Translations under genes and position numbers: made by a program
Notes under the pieces: model-generated
What the model saw: the letters and a program-made list of their open reading frames with translations, nothing else
Database searches by the model: none
What the model was told of the DNA's origin: nothing
In this document: positions 51,704-64,000 of the stretch, piece by piece
Position numbering within the stretch: position 1 is the first letter of the stretch
Layout of the letters: each line of letters opens with the position of its first letter
DNA from: Flectonema sp. DT1601
Taxonomy: Eukaryota
NCBI GenBank assembly: GCA_964019425.1
Contig: OZ025781.1
Coordinates: 248,001 to 312,000 of the forward strand
Length of the DNA stretch: 64,000 nt
Direction of reading: 5' to 3'

Positions 51704-54700
51704 TTATGAGATCCTGTAAAAGTTAGATTATGTAAGGAGAGGATTCTTCATGTGAGCATCTTGATTTTTTAGATATTGGTGATTGTGCTGGAAAGAGAAC
51801 GAGCAATACCGTACTCTCGAATTAGAAACAATTTCTAACGTCGAACACCAGAAGATTAAGCAGCCGCACCACGCCGTTAACGGGGGGTAGCGACCTTTTA
51901 AAAACATAACAAAGGGAGAGAAGATTTTTTTGCTTTTCTATACAAAAGCTGGCGCAAGAAAACATTTTCGCACGTGTGGCTGTTTAGCCTGGCAACCAAC
52001 AGAATTAGGCTAACAGAACGTGTAAGAGCACGCGAGCCAATAGCAGTTGGTGCAAATAATAATATACAGTGACTGCCAAGATCAGGAATGGCTGTCAAAC
52101 ATATCGAAACAGAGGATTTATCTAGAAGCTGTAAACAGAACGGACAGATCGATATTTATGTGGCCAATGTTTTCCACTTCTATCATTAAGTTTAATGTAA
52201 AAAAAAAAAAAAATACTACTATTGGGGGGGCTGCTTGCGCACTACATGGTTAACGCCAACAAAAAAAAAAAAAAAAAAAAAAAAAACGGAGTATATTTCC
52301 TACACAGTAGTTCGTTGTTTACTTTTATTTTATTTTTTTTAAATTCGTTCTTAGGGAATGATAGTTTGACAATACAAAAACAGCAATACAAGTACTTTGA
52401 ATAAAAGCAAAAGTTGAACTGAGAGAGAGGTGGCAGAACAGTAGCTGAAACGGCTGACAAACATTCCCATAAATATCGCAATTGTGTTATTTTTATTAAA
52501 CTTTTTTTTTTTTTTCTTTGAAGGAACTGACTAATACAAGAAAAACAGCATTGCTTGTTTGTATTGATTTTTAAAAAAAAAAAAAAAAAAAACTGTCTCG
52601 TTAGTGAAAAACACTACCGAGATTCCACCTTACCTCGCAAAAGATTGGCAGTAGATTACTTTAATAAAAAGAATATAGTCTGAGATAACCAGTATTTCTC
52701 TTATTTATTTACAAACGCATGGGAAGTCAAAAATTCAGGCAGGTAAACAGGGGGAAAAAACAATTCTTCAAACTACAGGTTACAAAAAAAAAAAAAAAAA
52801 AACTTTTAACTATACTTAGGAAAACCCTGTTTTTACGACCAGGTGACACATCTGACCGTCTAATGTGCTGAACCTTTTGGTAGTGTAAAAGAAAAACTAA
52901 ATTAAGTGTTGAGAGCCAAAAGAAACGAGTACTTCACAACTATTACGTTTGTTGGTTCTACAACACCTACTAGTTTCAAAAAAAAAAATTAAAAAAAAAA
53001 AATAACTTAGAAATTTAATAATTTTGTTTTTTTATTTTGTTGTTTGTTCACGAAACTGAATGAGAACGAAGTGCGAGGAGGAGGGAGAAGGGAAAGAAAA
53101 ATTAAAGCCACAAAATGAAATCTTTCAAATATAGACTTTGAGATTACCACATCACAGCAGTTAGTATTAATGATTATCAGTCAAAAGAAGGGGAGAGGGC
53201 GGAAAAATTCAATCGAATGCAAAAGTTCGTAGGACAAGCTACATTATGCGGAGAGATATCACAAATAAAAAAAAAAAATAAAAAAGAAGCACAGACCCAA
53301 TTGGACCCAATTGGACCTAATCACGGAAGAGTTCGTTTTAACTGAAAAAATCTCCACGTTACACAAAAACAATTTGTTCGTGTAGGACAACATGGAATAT
53401 CAGAATCAAGTAATTGAAAACTGTCAAATAAAAAACTTCACCGTGAAAAAGGGTCTCTGGACATGTTACCACTATTTAATTTAAAAAAATATATATTTTA
53501 AAAAAAAAAAAAAATTCAAGTTTCTGTTCCCCTAAATCAAGTTACTGACTGATATCAGGGAAGAAAGAAGAGAAAAAAAAATAGTCCTGCCAACCTAATA
53601 GCACATAGAATTGTTAATGAAACCAGCGCAGCAACACATATTAAGACTAAAAAAAAAATAATTTTAAAAAGGGAAAGGAACCATAACGCACAAAGAGGAC
53701 GAAGAGGGAAAGGGCGCGCCCTTTTTCAAGGCGAGAGAGGTACCGACATAGCAGAACGTAAAAAAATAGTTTCACAAATAATCAATAACTACGAAAAAAA
53801 AACCGCCACATGGTTTATTGCTTGAACGAAGAGTTTTTTTTTTTTTTTTTTCTTCTCTTCTCGGAATCGAAAAAATTAAACGAAAAAAAAAAAAAAACGA
53901 CAACAACCTAATACAAAAATGAAGGACTATGAAAAGCCCACTGGTAGGGATTATATGAGATTCCACTAACAAAAAAAAAACCAAAAAAATTACACGTGTT
54001 GTAAACATTATTAAAAGAAGTTTCGGGGAGAGGAGAAAAACGGCTAAAAAGATGGGTGAAATCCGCGAAAAGATAAATAACAATTTTTATAATAAGCAGC
54101 AGGGTAGCATTTTAAAAAAAAAAAAGAATTTTTGGGGGGAGAGAAATCTATTCGCCTGAATCCCACGTAGGAGTACGATCATCGACGCGAACACAACATC
54201 AGTCAAAGCAATATAACATCTGATCACTATTTCTAGTGGGTAGCCTTGAGGACAAACAACTTGAGAATGGAGAATAAGCAAAGAGACAATCGTCACTTTA
54301 CAAAGGGAGAGTAATCTCTGACTTCATTGCATATCAAAGGTCATCAGTACGGTAATTATTAAAGTTTAGAATTCGAGTTACAAGAAAACACAAAAAGTGT
54401 AGATTATAAAAAAAACCCTTCTCAACTAAACAATTTTTTTTTTTTTTTTTTTTCGCATATAAGAGAGAAATACAAAAAAAAAAAAAAAAAGTAAACTCCA
54501 CTATTTCTAGTGGAACCGATTAGGACAGGAGACGAAGAGAGAGAAACAAAAAAAAAATTCTATTATTTTCTTAGTTAAAAGATGCATCAGTAAAAAACAA
54601 AACCAACGAGGAGGTTCAAACATTGATATCAACCCCTCAGATACCATTATAAAGATAGTACCTTAGGGTTTAGGGATTATGATCAATGCTGTACAATGCA

Positions 54701-55415
54701 CTACTATTAGGTTAATCATCTCTCGTATTGCAGGTCGTACCTATTCTATCAAATGATTGATTACCAACAGAATGTAATCAGCGACAGGAGACGTGTTTTT
54801 TTTTTTCTTATTTTGGGTTATTAGAAGAAGCAGAGAACGGAGGAAGAGGAGGAGGGGGAAAAAAAAAAATGCTAAAACCTGATTTTTTTATTTAACTGAG
54901 TTCACACGACAGTCTTTCCGTCACAAAAAATGCTGAAATAAAAGATCGCATTACGTCTCAAAAAAAAAATACTAACGAAAGACGACAGAGAGACAAAAAA
55001 AAAAAAAATAACGCTCATAAATTCGTAATCTCTACTGAGCTTTGAAGGCAATTTTTCACTTCGAAGTTCTTCACAAGAACAGTAGGGAAAGAAAGGTTGG
55101 GGGAGAATTAATACGATACAAAAAAAGGGGGGTTAACAGTTTGAGCGTACTAATAGTGATGTACAGTATCAACTACTAATATTAACATTAGTAATTTTAT
55201 GAATACGATTTACTATTAAAAAAAAAAAAAAAAAGGGAATAAATAATAGAAGGGACAGGGGGATGTGAAAAAAAAAAACTTAACACAAGGGGACTATCCA
55301 TTTTTTTTTTTTTTTTTTTTTGAAGGGGTATCAAATATGACTCCACTGCTGTGATTGCACTACTGGATTGGTCGATCGAAGCAGCAACTATACTAACTAT
55401 ACATCGAATACGTTC

Positions 55416-55874
55416 CTAAAACGCGTACATACTTTGAGAAGATACCCCACCATTCACATCACTATAATATTGATTGTAGGAATTGAAGTGAGAATTGAGG
55501 TTGTAACTGTTATTAATTAAACAACAAGATGTTACACAACCCCACTGATTTCCATAGTCAGTCTCAACAATAATACTTGATCCAAGTGGAAGCTGCTGTG
55601 GAAAAGTCAAGTTATAAACTTCATTACCGGCTAGTAAAACTGTTAAAGCGTATTCTTCTCTTGGAGTGGTGGTACCTCCGCTTCCCATTCCACTGAGTGT
55701 CTCACTCATGGGAACCGATTCGTCTACATTGACTGACTCAGTGGTGGTCACACTCGGGCTTGGAGGTGGAGTCATAGGTTCATCGTCAGCCCAGCAGAGA
55801 TCAACGACAATCGTTTCTGATCCTAAAGGGTGATGGCAATCATTAGTTTTTGAGGAAACCATATCCAAGGACAT
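55416..55874 (-). CDS. Small protein with a PSP1-associated motif
   Basis: LPLGSSIIVETDYGNQWGCV resembles the G..V.VE.D.G...G.V motif of PSP1-family proteins. ATG at 55874 follows an A-run. Confidence 0.6.
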   Translation of the reverse strand: MSLDMVSSKTNDCHHPLGSETIVVDLCWADDEPMTPPPSPSVTTTESVNVDESVPMSETLSGMGSGGTTTPREEYALTVLLAGNEVYNLTFPQQLPLGSSIIVETDYGNQWGCVTSCCLINNSYNLNSHFNSYNQYYSDVNGGVSSQSMYAF

Positions 55875-58800
55875 TTTTTTTTTTTTTTTAAAAAAAAGGA
55901 GATAAAAATTTTCCTGAGAGAAAGACAAATATTAAAATTTGACGGAATCCCAATTCCAACACATGAAAAATTCATATTATACTGTGAGAAACTAAGTAAG
56001 GTGACTTGTTAAAAAAAGTTTTATATTTTTAAATTCCGCTTTTTTTTTTCCAAAAATTATTCGTCTTCTTCTTCTTCTTTTTTTTTTTTTTTCTTTTTTT
56101 TTTTTTGTTTCCCTCCTCACCTTCCTATTTAAAAGCTTGCTCCGCCTTGGACAGCATATGACTCAACTCCCTTCAGGCGGCGGAAGGCAAAAAAAAAAAT
56201 AAAAAAATATGTTTTTAAAAAAAAAAAATGGTAAGTATCATTTTATTTAACAAGGGTTGGGATGGGAACGAGTTGGGATGAGGGGAGGGAGAATGCGAAC
56301 AGGTACTCGTGAGGACATGTGATGCCTTCCCCTCTTTTTATTGTAAATGCTGATTTTTTTTCTTTTTTTTTTTTTGCTGTTTGAGAAAAACGGGAAAGTG
56401 CGATAAAAAAAAAGGGAGAAAACAAATAAATGGGGAGAAGAAAAAAATAATAATAATAATGATAATAATAATAATAATGTAGAGCGGGGGATAAATAAAA
56501 ATTTCTCCTTGTTTAAATTTTTTCTTCTTTTTTTTTTTCTTCGTTATGAGCTCTGCAGCAACAAGAGTTCATCTGCGTTGTTGCTGTTTTTTTTTTTCTC
56601 TCTTCTTCTTTTTTCTATTTTTTTTCCCTTAGTCCTACTAAGATGACTGCGGGTTGTGTAACGAGATCGAAGTAAAGACTTCACGTAGGGAAGTGAATAA
56701 CCCAATTACAGGCGATGATATAATCATTCCCTTGTTCATGAGGCATGGTACTGCCTTTTTTTTTCTGCTTCTAAAAAAAAAGTTCCAGAATCCCAGAAGG
56801 ACGGGGAAGACCAACACTGCCAAGTATTATTTTCTTTGTTTGGTTTCGTTCTTCTTTCTTACTTTATTGATTGCCTTGAAGAAAAGACGATAATTAAAAA
56901 AAATAAAAGGGAGTGGAGGAAAAAAAAAAAAAAGAAGAAAAAAATCAACAGGAATGACAACAAGCTACCATAAGATTTCTTTTTTTTTTTTTTTTTTTTT
57001 TTCCAGCAGTCACTAAGTTGAGGGAAAAAATAATAACGGCTCGAAACATATCTCTTTGCGAACCAAAAAAAACTTGAATAAAGGCAAGAACAGGAATAAC
57101 AAAGATACTCCAAATTCACTGTACTACCTAACGCCAAGTACTAAAATATGTAATACAAAGTGATAAATCGAAAGCAGGTAATAATCTGCTATGCTTTTTT
57201 CTAGGCAAGAGTAAAAATACAAAGACTTGCTTTTTTTTTTTTTTTTTTTTTCAATTTTTTTTTTAAAAAAATACTAAGTGTGCGTTACACAGCGGGATAC
57301 GACCAGGGACGCGAGTAATTGTACGCAGTGCTAAAAAAACTTTCATTGAGTTTTTTCTTTTTTTTTTTTCTTATAAATTCACTGAAAAGGATGAGAGGTA
57401 AAAGCAGCTGGTCTCACATACGTTTTCCGAAAAACACCCCCCTTCGAGGAAACTATATGCGATGAGTGAAAATTCATTCAGCAAAATAGATAGTCTACGA
57501 GTATAATGATGTGGTCACGGAAATTGTTGCATAACAAAACCAATTGCTCTGTCCCATCCCTTTTTTTTTTTTTTCTTTCTTTTTTTTCTCTTTCTTCTTT
57601 TCAACAACCTAACTGTTTGAGTAAAAAAAGTATGTCAGCAGCAACACCATAATCTTGTGTGTTTTTTTGTTTTTGTTTTTTTTTTTTCCTCAAGATACGG
57701 TCTGACGCTAACGTACCATTTAAGTGTACACAGGAAATTGAGAACGGGAAAAAAAAAGGCGTAATAGGGCAGGTACGACACAGAAATAAATATGTGGGGA
57801 GAGGAAAGGAATTTTTACGGCTACCAACTATTTTTTTTCCAAAAAAAATTTGTTGTGCTATCTTCAGTTCCTATGGTCACGCGATGCTGTAAAATAATTT
57901 TAGAAGAGGAAAATGCCTTCTTTCCTTTACTTCCGAAAATCAGCCGCCCTTCTTGCATCGCAACAGGCTGCGAAGATACAAAAAAAAAGGTCAACAAGGA
58001 CGAATGTACATTCTTTCTTTTCTTTTTTTTTTTTTTTTTCTTAAAAATTTCTTTTTTATATGTGAAATCTGAGGGGACAAATAATTACTCAAGGAAGGAA
58101 CAATAAAAATTTTGGTTTTATTTTTAATTTTTTTTTTTTTTTTTTTTCTGACAAAACGCAGAGGAAAAAAAAAAAAAAAAAACGGGGGAAAGAAAAAAAA
58201 AAGCTATCCCATTGTTACAAACTAACACCACCTCTAGTTCAGCTGACAAGAAATCTTATTTTCTGACTAAATTAAGTCTGTTTGATGGCATTGATGGCAT
58301 TTTGTACGTACTCCTTCAATAGATGGGTTTCTTAAAAAAAGATGAAGGTAAAAGGGAGAGGGGAAAAAAAAAAAAGTAAATGAAATGAAATGAAATTCTG
58401 GAGGTAGGTAAGCAAACAATTTTAATAAAATACACGGCGAGAAATATAGGGATCCGCAAGATGACCGCACAAGTCGTGGCAGAAGCCACGACACAGAAGA
58501 TGGTGTGCTGTTGTTTGTTGTTGCTGTTGTTGTTTTTTTTCTCTTTCAGAACACCTCAGGGGAGTGCGGAAAACGTAAAGCACAAACTCAGGTCATCAAT
58601 ATTTTTTTTTCTTTTTTTTCTTTTTTTTACAATGTACTTTTTTTTCTCCCATTTTCACTTCAAACGATATAAAAAAAAGAAAAATAATTAAATAAAAAAA
58701 ATTGCTTGCATTCCTATACTCGACAAAAAAAAAAAAAAAAAAAAAAAAAGGCAGGTCACCTAATCGTCTAATGCCGTGCAAAATAATTATTTTGCTTATT

Positions 58801-59204
58801 GCAAGAGTGGGCTTGTTCTGTGTAAATATTTGCCAACTGCTTTTTTTTTTTTTTTTTTTTTCCCCCTCCCCCGCCCGAGTGAAGGGAAGGGGAAAAAAAA
58901 AAAAAAGCAACAAAAACAAGTCCAATAGTAAAGCATGGCCTCGACATTTGCGGGGCAGTTTTTGCAGTAGAAGGGAATGTGTACACCCTTCTATCTGTGT
59001 AAGTAGTTGCAAGATACCAGTCGTTTATCTCTTTAGAAATTAAACGGGGTATTTTGCGATATAAACATGATCAAGTTTTTCCATGATAAAATATTATCAA
59101 GAAATACCTTGAAAGGTGAAAAAAATGATTGTAAGAGGATAGCAGTGATGAAAAGCTCTGAGTTTGTTTGTTTTGGTTATTTTATTTTATTTTATTTTTT
59201 TTTC

Positions 59205-60701
59205 TTATTGAGAAGGGAAAAATCCATCAGGCATCGAAACGTTAAACGGAAAACGAACAACTAATTCAGCGATGGCAGGACTGTTAGCGAGGGACATCAT
59301 TGGAGAGGTCGACAACGCAGCAAACTTCGGATTTGACACATGTGTTGGAAACTGCGCAGCCAAATCCACTATATCAGGAGAAGGCAACTGAGGTGACGCT
59401 GGATTCAAATGAGCCCTCGGAAGAGTTAGCGACTGAGTCCTAGAGAACTCTAAGAAAGATGAATCAGGTAACGTTAACATTGGTGATTCTGGTGTCATTC
59501 CCGCACTACTCGTACTTGTACTGTACGCACTCGGTGACGTATTAAGCAATTGCTGTGATAAGTCAACAGTTGCTAAGGTAGAAGGATCCTGAAGCATTTT
59601 AGCTTGCTGACCATTAACCCTTCTCCAAAGAGGTCTGTGTGCAATCATTGTACTGAGTGGTGTTAATGCTGTCGCTGGGTTATAACAAGTCAACGCTGAT
59701 AAAAATGACTGCAGGTGAGCTTTTATCATTCTGATGCAAGTACATCCTTTTGCCATGTTTACAGATGAGTTACCAGGAGCTAATACTGATAACTGATCAT
59801 CAGGGTGTCTCTTGCTTAGAGTTAATCCTCTCGGATCAATTGAACTTTCTTTTAAATTAATTTCTTTTCCAAATTCTCTCAAGAAAGTTACCAAAGCAGT
59901 AGCAGGATCATCACCACTACGTCTACAGGTAAACATAGTTAAACCTAACAAGGCATCTATAGGTAGAGAACCGGGTTGTTCACCAACGAGAGTTGCACAA
60001 GCGTGATACAAAACATGTCTGAGAAGTATAGCGAGTGTTCGAGCTAATGGAACTTCATTAAGGGCTTCAGTTAGAATCTGTCGGCGACTTCTTTCTGGAT
60101 CATGTCCCTCAAAGAGTCTTGCTTTTAAAACAATTCCATTTGATGAAACAATTTGAAATGTCCCAACTTTATTATCCAACGATGAAGACATAGCATGACC
60201 TTGAATTGACAGTGATTCAATCGATTGTAAGTTTAATTTCCTGCAATTTGATATCACCAACTGCAGTGGCGCAGCAGGCTCTGATGTCCCTGTAGCATAA
60301 CATCCTCCGACTGCAAGGTTGCTAGTTGGCCAGATCTTAATAGCTGCTGAAGCAACAGAAAGGATCAATGCATCGCGTTGTTCGCGTTCTTGTTGATCAA
60401 GACTGACTAGTTGAGTGAAGGAAATGATCTCAGAAGATAAATTTGTTGGATAAGGAGCACCTTGTGGATACCACGGAGTTTTTCTTGATGCATCAGTCTG
60501 ACCCTGACCTTGAGGATACTGTGGACCCATAGTAGCCATTAATTGTGCTTCCATCATAGAAGCTTGTCCTGTTGCCATCTGCAGAGCAATCAGCTGAGCC
60601 TTTAACACTTCAATCTCTTGAGTAGGATTAGCCACCACTTTACCTCCAATCACAACTGGTCTCTGTGATGGAGGAGCGGAGAATACTCTTCTACGAACCA
60701 T
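59205..60701 (-). CDS. Trf4/PAP2-like non-canonical poly(A) polymerase-fold protein, catalytically degenerate
   Basis: LSSEIISF..EREQR..IWP...GGCYATGT..LQLVI aligns by eye with FGS..TGL..SDID. A PAP-associated-like FLREFG..F/N..LSV.PGNSSVNM segment follows. Confidence 0.75.
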   Translation of the reverse strand: MVRRRVFSAPPSQRPVVIGGKVVANPTQEIEVLKAQLIALQMATGQASMMEAQLMATMGPQYPQGQGQTDASRKTPWYPQGAPYPTNLSSEIISFTQLVSLDQQEREQRDALILSVASAAIKIWPTSNLAVGGCYATGTSEPAAPLQLVISNCRKLNLQSIESLSIQGHAMSSSLDNKVGTFQIVSSNGIVLKARLFEGHDPERSRRQILTEALNEVPLARTLAILLRHVLYHACATLVGEQPGSLPIDALLGLTMFTCRRSGDDPATALVTFLREFGKEINLKESSIDPRGLTLSKRHPDDQLSVLAPGNSSVNMAKGCTCIRMIKAHLQSFLSALTCYNPATALTPLSTMIAHRPLWRRVNGQQAKMLQDPSTLATVDLSQQLLNTSPSAYSTSTSSAGMTPESPMLTLPDSSFLEFSRTQSLTLPRAHLNPASPQLPSPDIVDLAAQFPTHVSNPKFAALSTSPMMSLANSPAIAELVVRFPFNVSMPDGFFPSQ

Positions 60702-63699
60702 TTTTTTCTTTTTTTTTTTTTTTTTTTTTTTTTGGTTGTTTTGTTTTGTTTTGATTATTTAACCTGTGAGGTGAGAGTTGAACGAAATGTGAATTAATTA
60801 TACAAAAAAAAAAAAAAAAAAACTTAAAAAAACAGTCAAATCGATCAATCATCAAGAAAACATGATTAAAATACTAATTTAACCTCTCTCTTATCACTGC
60901 ATCATCATCATCATACGGTTTTTTTTATCAATTTATTTTATACATGAGTAGTGGCAAATTACACGAACAGAAAGAAAAAAAAACTCTATTCTCCCCAGAA
61001 AATCCCTAACTCACAGAAATATACAGAAAAAAGACTAAGGGGGGTAAAAAAGTAAAAAAAAATGAAGAAAAAAAAAAGAAAAAAAAAAAAAAAGGGATGA
61101 GAATAAAGCATATTTTGCATTTTTTTTTTTTTTTAAAAATGTTTCATATTTTTTTTTATAGGGTATCTAAAAAAGCATATCCAAATTAATGAAATCAATT
61201 GATAATAAAGAAAAAAACGCCCCCCTTTTTTTTTTTTTTTTTTTTGGTGGAAATGCAGCTGGGAGAATCTGTGTATGGAGAGTTTCCACTCTGATTGTCT
61301 ATTCAAAATATTTTTTTCTAATTAACATAAAAAGGGAGAAATGGTCTCCCCTTTTTTTTTTTTTTTTTTTTTTTTTTTGTGGTTTAGGAGTTGTTAATGA
61401 ATAACATCCTCCCACAAAAACAGAAACTAAAAAAAACAATTAAAAAAAATTCACTTTTTTTTTCAGATAAACACAATGAGACTCGTTTGCTGAGTGTTGT
61501 TGTTGCAATAAAATAAAGAAAACTCACACAGACTGAACGCTAGCCTATTTTCAGTATTCTAAAAGGTGTCCCCGCTTGATGAAGGGTTTTTTTTTTTTTT
61601 TTTTTGTTGGGCACTACTACTGCTGAAGAGTTAATTGCAAATGGACCCCCAAGATAGGATTCTAGCAGGGCGGTCATTCTTTTTATTTTTTTTTTTTTTT
61701 TTTGGTCAACTTCAGCACTGGCTGTCTTTTCACCCACCTGCTACAGTGGACGCCTTGACTCTACCTGTTGTAGTCACTCACTCTTTTCGTTTCTTTTTTT
61801 ACTAAATTCTAAAAAAAAAAAAAAAAAAAGATTCTATGGTGAGTGTTATTGCTGTTTTCTTTTTATTTATTTTTTTTTTTTTCTTTCCATACGGGCAAAA
61901 ACATGTTTCTTTTTGGCAGTATTCTTTTTTTTTTTTTTTTCTTGAGGCAAAACTCCTAATTCCACACAAATACTACTGAAATGGCACATCTCAACACAAA
62001 AGTGTTTCTGAAAAAAAAAGATAGCAAAAAAAAAAAAAAAAAAAATCCAATACTGCTAAAGTGGAAGCTGTTACACAACTCATTCACTCCTGTCAGACAC
62101 AGGCTTGTAGCTCTTAGCGGCATGAGGGCACTAAGCGCACATTTCCTGTTGACACTCACTGTCTATTTGGGAAACGTTCGTGTAGAGCTGTCCATTTCAG
62201 AAGCTTTGATGTGGAATCATAGGTTTTTCCCTTCTTTTTTTTTTTTTTTTTTTTTTTTCCCTATTCCTGATAGCAGCGAAGGGTTACTAATACGTAAGGA
62301 TTAATGTGAAAAAAAAAAGAATCGGCACCTCACTAAATAATTCTCACGCTTTGTTTTTGTTTGTGCGCAACCGGAAACAAGCCTATAAAGTAAGGATGTT
62401 AACGTTACGCTGCCACAATTCTCTTTCGCTCGTAAAACATGTCTTCGAGATGAAAAAAAACCATTCAGATTAGCCTTATATTTCGTTGAACGCAGACAGA
62501 ATCCTGTCGCACGGGGGAAATAAATCATGACCATAAGAAATAACGGCTTTCAATCTGAATAGTTTTTTCTCCGACTACGTCGGTACAAAAAAAAAAAAAA
62601 AAAAAAAAAAAAACAACACATTAAAATTCTGAACTAAATACGAGTTGCTATGTCTGCAATGCAAATTCTAACGAAGGGGAAAAAAAGGTTGCTGAGAGGG
62701 GAAGGAAAAAAAAAAAAAAAAAAGTAGCGATTCTGCAAACCTAAGTTTATAATTTTGTTATTAAGAGAAAAGAACCCAATAGGGTTCGAATAAGAGGGTT
62801 TCTTTTTTTTTTTTTTTTTTCATTGAACTTCCTAATAATTGAAAAAAAAAAAAAAAAAACAGAAATGAAAGAAAAGTTGGGAATGAGACTACAGGATCGA
62901 GTTAGGGGGAACTATAATACAACGGTGGGGGGGGTAACTTGATACTATGATTAAATATAAAGCAACTTGAAACTGGCTAAAACGAATATAGGGTTCGGCC
63001 AAACCTGGTTGCAATGAAAAGAGACCAACAGTTGGTACCCATATATGCTGTCGAATATGGGGATTCGGGGGCCACGTACTACAGGTTGAGCGCCCCATGC
63101 CCTGTAGCCCGGGGGCTGCAATATGCAAGAAAAACGCTACAGCAGTATTTTTAATCCAAACTACGTTACGCTACCTGAACCAGAACGAATGAATACAAGG
63201 ACAAATAAAATTTAAAAAAAAAAAAAAAATTGAAATGCTTACGCCAAGATAATCACACAAAACAAGGTAAATATTATCTTTAGTCGGCTATGGCGATTGC
63301 CAGTTTGCTTCAACAAGGGGGAGCGTACTACAATTTTTATTAAAAATTAGTCTTAAAAAAAACAATTAGTCGGTATAACCAAAAAAAAAAAGAAAAAAAA
63401 GAGAAAAAAAAAGAAAAAGGAACTGCGAGAATGAGACAAACGTGGCAAAAAGTTTTTTTTTTTTTTCCCATTCTTCTTTGTGAGACAAAACTACATTCAG
63501 TTCACTAAGAAAGCTATTTTTAGATCAAGAAAACAAAACGTACTTAATGATTTTTTAAAAAAAATAAAAAAAAAAAGGAAAGAGGAAAGAGGAAGATATC
63601 CCAATGATTATCAATATAGACGAGGAAACAACAGAATACGATATACCAAACAGTAAGACAATACATTTTTTTATTTTATTTTTTTTGGGAAAGTCATTT

Positions 63700-64000
63700 T
63701 CATTTTTTAATTTTCCCCCAATAACCGTGTTGCTGAACACGGTAATTACCAGGACCATTTCCGTCAACTCGTGTCACTCTGAGGTCAACTACGCTTTTGG
63801 GTTTTGAATGTTTTTTTTGAGGTTTTGATTTTTTTACTACAACTGGATCCGATTGTTTTGCACCCCATCCAGAGGCTGGTGGAACTGTTGGAGTCGTAAA
63901 TTGAGGAAGGGAAGAATTATTTACCGTCGTTGGAGTCGTGAAAGGATCTACACTCTGTTCGGGTTCATCGAAGGGAGAACCCGGAGTGACCTTTGTCTTT
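63700..64000 (-). CDS. 3' end of a hypothetical gene entering from the right edge
   Basis: 100 open codons (KTKVTPGSPFDEPEQSVDPF...QQHGYWGKIKK*) ending in TGA at 63700. Confidence 0.5.
   Translation of the reverse strand, partial: KTKVTPGSPFDEPEQSVDPFTTPTTVNNSSLPQFTTPTVPPASGWGAKQSDPVVVKKSKPQKKHSKPKSVVDLRVTRVDGNGPGNYRVQQHGYWGKIKK

Noticed and set aside
54662..54675. TTAGGG telomeric repeats
   Set aside because: Only two units, which is compatible with chance.
46198..63807. Many short Phe- or Lys-rich ORFs in the spacers
   Set aside because: Translations of poly(T) and poly(A) tracts with no protein-like composition.

Overview
AT-rich eukaryotic DNA, probably a euglenozoan such as a diplonemid. 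This is inferred from all credible genes lying on the minus strand, mostly intronless CDSs with a CAG acceptor shortly before the ATG, and one gene with short GT-AG introns. Bases 1-33 kb are a tandem array of seven paralogous membrane-anchored S41-family peptidase genes with mosaic spacers. One spacer holds a ~1 kb 12-bp satellite. Another holds a composite retroelement insertion (~26.25-29.85 kb), the most unusual feature. It comprises a 5'-truncated Penelope-like (Naiad/Chlamys-type) reverse transcriptase with an apparent C-terminal Josephin (ataxin-3-like) protease domain and a hammerhead-like motif in its 3' UTR. It is chained head-to-tail with an internally deleted 3' copy and with a short, structured non-coding element that ends in the same 17-nt terminus and has a diverged relative at ~17 kb. 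Bases 33-64 kb carry single-copy genes: a CAP/OGFr/HSP20 multidomain protein, an RS/charged protein, a 4-exon small membrane protein missed by the ORF track, an EF-hand protein, an F-box/WD40-like protein, an SH3/PDZ/Tudor-like protein, a PSP1-like protein and a catalytically degenerate Trf4-like nucleotidyltransferase. Long homopolymer-rich spacers separate them. All domain calls are motif recognition by eye, not database results.
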